Made by a program: the position numbers and the translations under genes. A model generated the notes under the pieces. The model worked only from the letters and a program-made list of their open reading frames with translations. It was not told where the DNA came from and searched no databases. From the human T2T-CHM13v2.0 reference genome, Homo sapiens, in NCBI RefSeq assembly GCF_009914755.1, contig NC_060925.1: 64,000 bases of DNA; one strand, 5' to 3'. This document shows, piece after piece, positions 61,841 through 64,000 of the stretch. Numbering within the stretch: position 1 is the first letter of the stretch; each line of letters opens with the position of its first letter.

Positions 61841-64000
61841 AATCTCCTGGTGTGCCATTTGCTAAGACCATTGGAAAAGTGCAGTGTTTAGGTGGCAGTG
61901 TCCTGATTTTCCCAGTACAGTCTGTCACGGCTTCCCTTGGCTAGGTAAGGGAAATCCCCCAACCCCTTGCACTTCCTGGGTGATGTGATGCCCCACCATG
62001 CTTCGGCTCGCCCTCTGTGGGCTGCACCCACTTTCTGACCAGTCCCAATGAGATGAACCAGGTACCTCAGTTGGAAATGCAGAAATCACCCATCTTCTGC
62101 TTTGATCACGCTGGGAGCTGCAGACCAGCTGTTCCTATTCAGCCATCTTGGAACCACCTCCGAAACTGGAGTATTTATATTTGCATTGCAGATGTGTGCA
62201 TTTACACAACCTAAGTTGTAAAATTAAACAATCAAATTAAAATAACTTGACTATTAAACTACATTATGTGACTCTGTTAAGTGAAAAGCTTTTTGGCTTA
62301 AAATGTTTACATGATTAAACATTATCCATAGAAAAAAGGCCAAACAGTAATTAATCAATAATATGCAGAAAATTTTATTTGAATGAAAGTTTATTGTGTT
62401 TTCCATATAAATTATTTTTAATAGAAGAAGAGTTTTTGATAATCATATTTTAAACCATTCTCACTTAATATAGGGTATAAATACCAGCAAAAGAAAAATG
62501 TTTATGATACTTATGAATTAGGGTGATATCTGAAATTTTACCAACTGCTACTATGTAAATACCAAGCAATGAGACAATAGTACTGACCAATCAGAATGGA
62601 TGCTGGTGTACAAAATCCAGAATAGCCACATTAGTGCATAATTCCTGAACATTTGCCCTGCATATTGATTTAGAACACAACGGTATCAACATGTATATTC
62701 ATATTTTGCCTAAGCTATCATTCCAAAACATTTGCAGGAATATTATAAAGTTTGTTAGTTTCTATTGGTACATGTTTTATAGAGCCAGAAGAAAAAATTT
62801 AAATGTCAAAGTAGTCAAATTTATCGCATGTAAGGAATGTAGTAAAATTTGAGAGCTTACTCAACAGATTCTTTCTTATCTAATTATCATTACTCTGTTT
62901 TAATTGAAAGTTACACAAATGTCAGACATTAAACGTAAGACAAATGTCAAATGGGATCCCACACCTGTACAGTAACATCCCAGGCATCTGCCTATATTTT
63001 AGCTGATCATTAGCAATTAGTAGCATTTATCTGTCCATTTAATTGTTCTCCCGATCTTTCCCAGATGATTTTTTTAGTTCCCTCAATGCATTGGCCCAGA
63101 GTTAAAATTCTATTGGTTTTTCATCATGCAACCATTTCATTAGGCTTTTAGCCTGGCTGAGCCCATTAAAATCACTGCTGCACACTTGGCCTGTGTTTAC
63201 CCATGTGAGGTGAAGTGGAGCACGAGGCAACCACTCATAATTCAGGCCTAAGAAACTCTTTTGCCTGAAAGATTTAAATAGTTGAGACTAAGGGTTGTCT
63301 CTGCTTGAATTATAAGTATTATTTCAGTTTTCCTCTTCAGTTTAAGTAAAGCATTCTGAGCCCACATGTACATGTTGGATTATCTATCTCAGCAAGAACT
63401 GTTTTCTAGAGCTGTTGTAAAAGGAAGAAAACACGAAGTCCTTTCTTGGTTCTTAACATGTCTCTGTATTGAGCCTTTCTTGACCAGTCAATCAGATAAG
63501 GTAAGGGAGTCTTCCATAGATTCAGTACATCAGTCTATTAGGATGGGGAAGAGGAGCAGATGCTCCAGGCCTGCGATTCTAACCTAAAGCCCCCTGATCC
63601 CAGCCCATGTTCCTATGACTATCCTGCACTGCCTTTATGACCAGTGCTAAAAGAGTAAGAAAGCTGAGGTAGTTTTGGTTCATGGAGAACTTGGTACTCT
63701 TGGTCCAATTTCGCAGCAGCAGCAAAAGCTTCCTTTCCAAGTATAGTGCTGTCTGAGCACACAGTACTGAAAACCTTTCTGCATCATTGCCAGGATGAGA
63801 ATCAGCCTGAAAGTGTCATAATCAGTTACTGGTAAGTAGTGCAATGTGTCATGGCAGCATAATAGAATGCCAAGTAAGGACAAATGTCTAGAATAAGAAG
63901 CAAACTCTTCCAATAAATAGTGCCCATAATTAAATTATCAGACAAAAATCAATCATGCAGAAATGACTTTAAAATATAACTGCATTACCTTCCATTTGTA

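Noticed and set aside
63770-63837. Possible micro-exon ending at a tg/gtaagt donor
   Set aside because: The acceptor is weak and the peptide is unrecognisable. Such sites are expected by chance in 64 kb.

Overview
This is AT-rich human genomic DNA. The human-specific AluYb element at ~0.5 kb fixes the species. I find no recognisable host protein-coding exon, RNA gene or CpG island, so it looks like a gene desert or a very large intron. About half of the window is transposon-derived. There are three large L1 insertions: a 3.6-kb L1PA7-like copy with a twin-priming 5' inversion (34.5-38.1 kb), a full-length ~7.6-kb old L1PA15/16-like copy with a tandem-monomer 5'UTR (42.4-50.1 kb), and a full-length ~6.1-kb L1PA5/6-like copy (56.0-62.2 kb). 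Also present are a complete THE1 LTR-internal-LTR element, a nested HAL1/MLT1C/AluY/L1M/MER50/LTR1 stack, several solo LTRs with target-site duplications (TSDs), 12 Alus or Alu monomers, MIR and L2 relics, and small DNA transposons. The only ORFs with recognisable protein motifs are broken L1 ORF1, ORF2 and ORF0 pieces; the rest are Alu-derived or chance ORFs. I do not see evidence for a new biological system. The findings are insertion-mechanism signatures and a few candidate regulatory sites. Subfamily names come from remembered consensus sequences and need RepeatMasker/Dfam confirmation.
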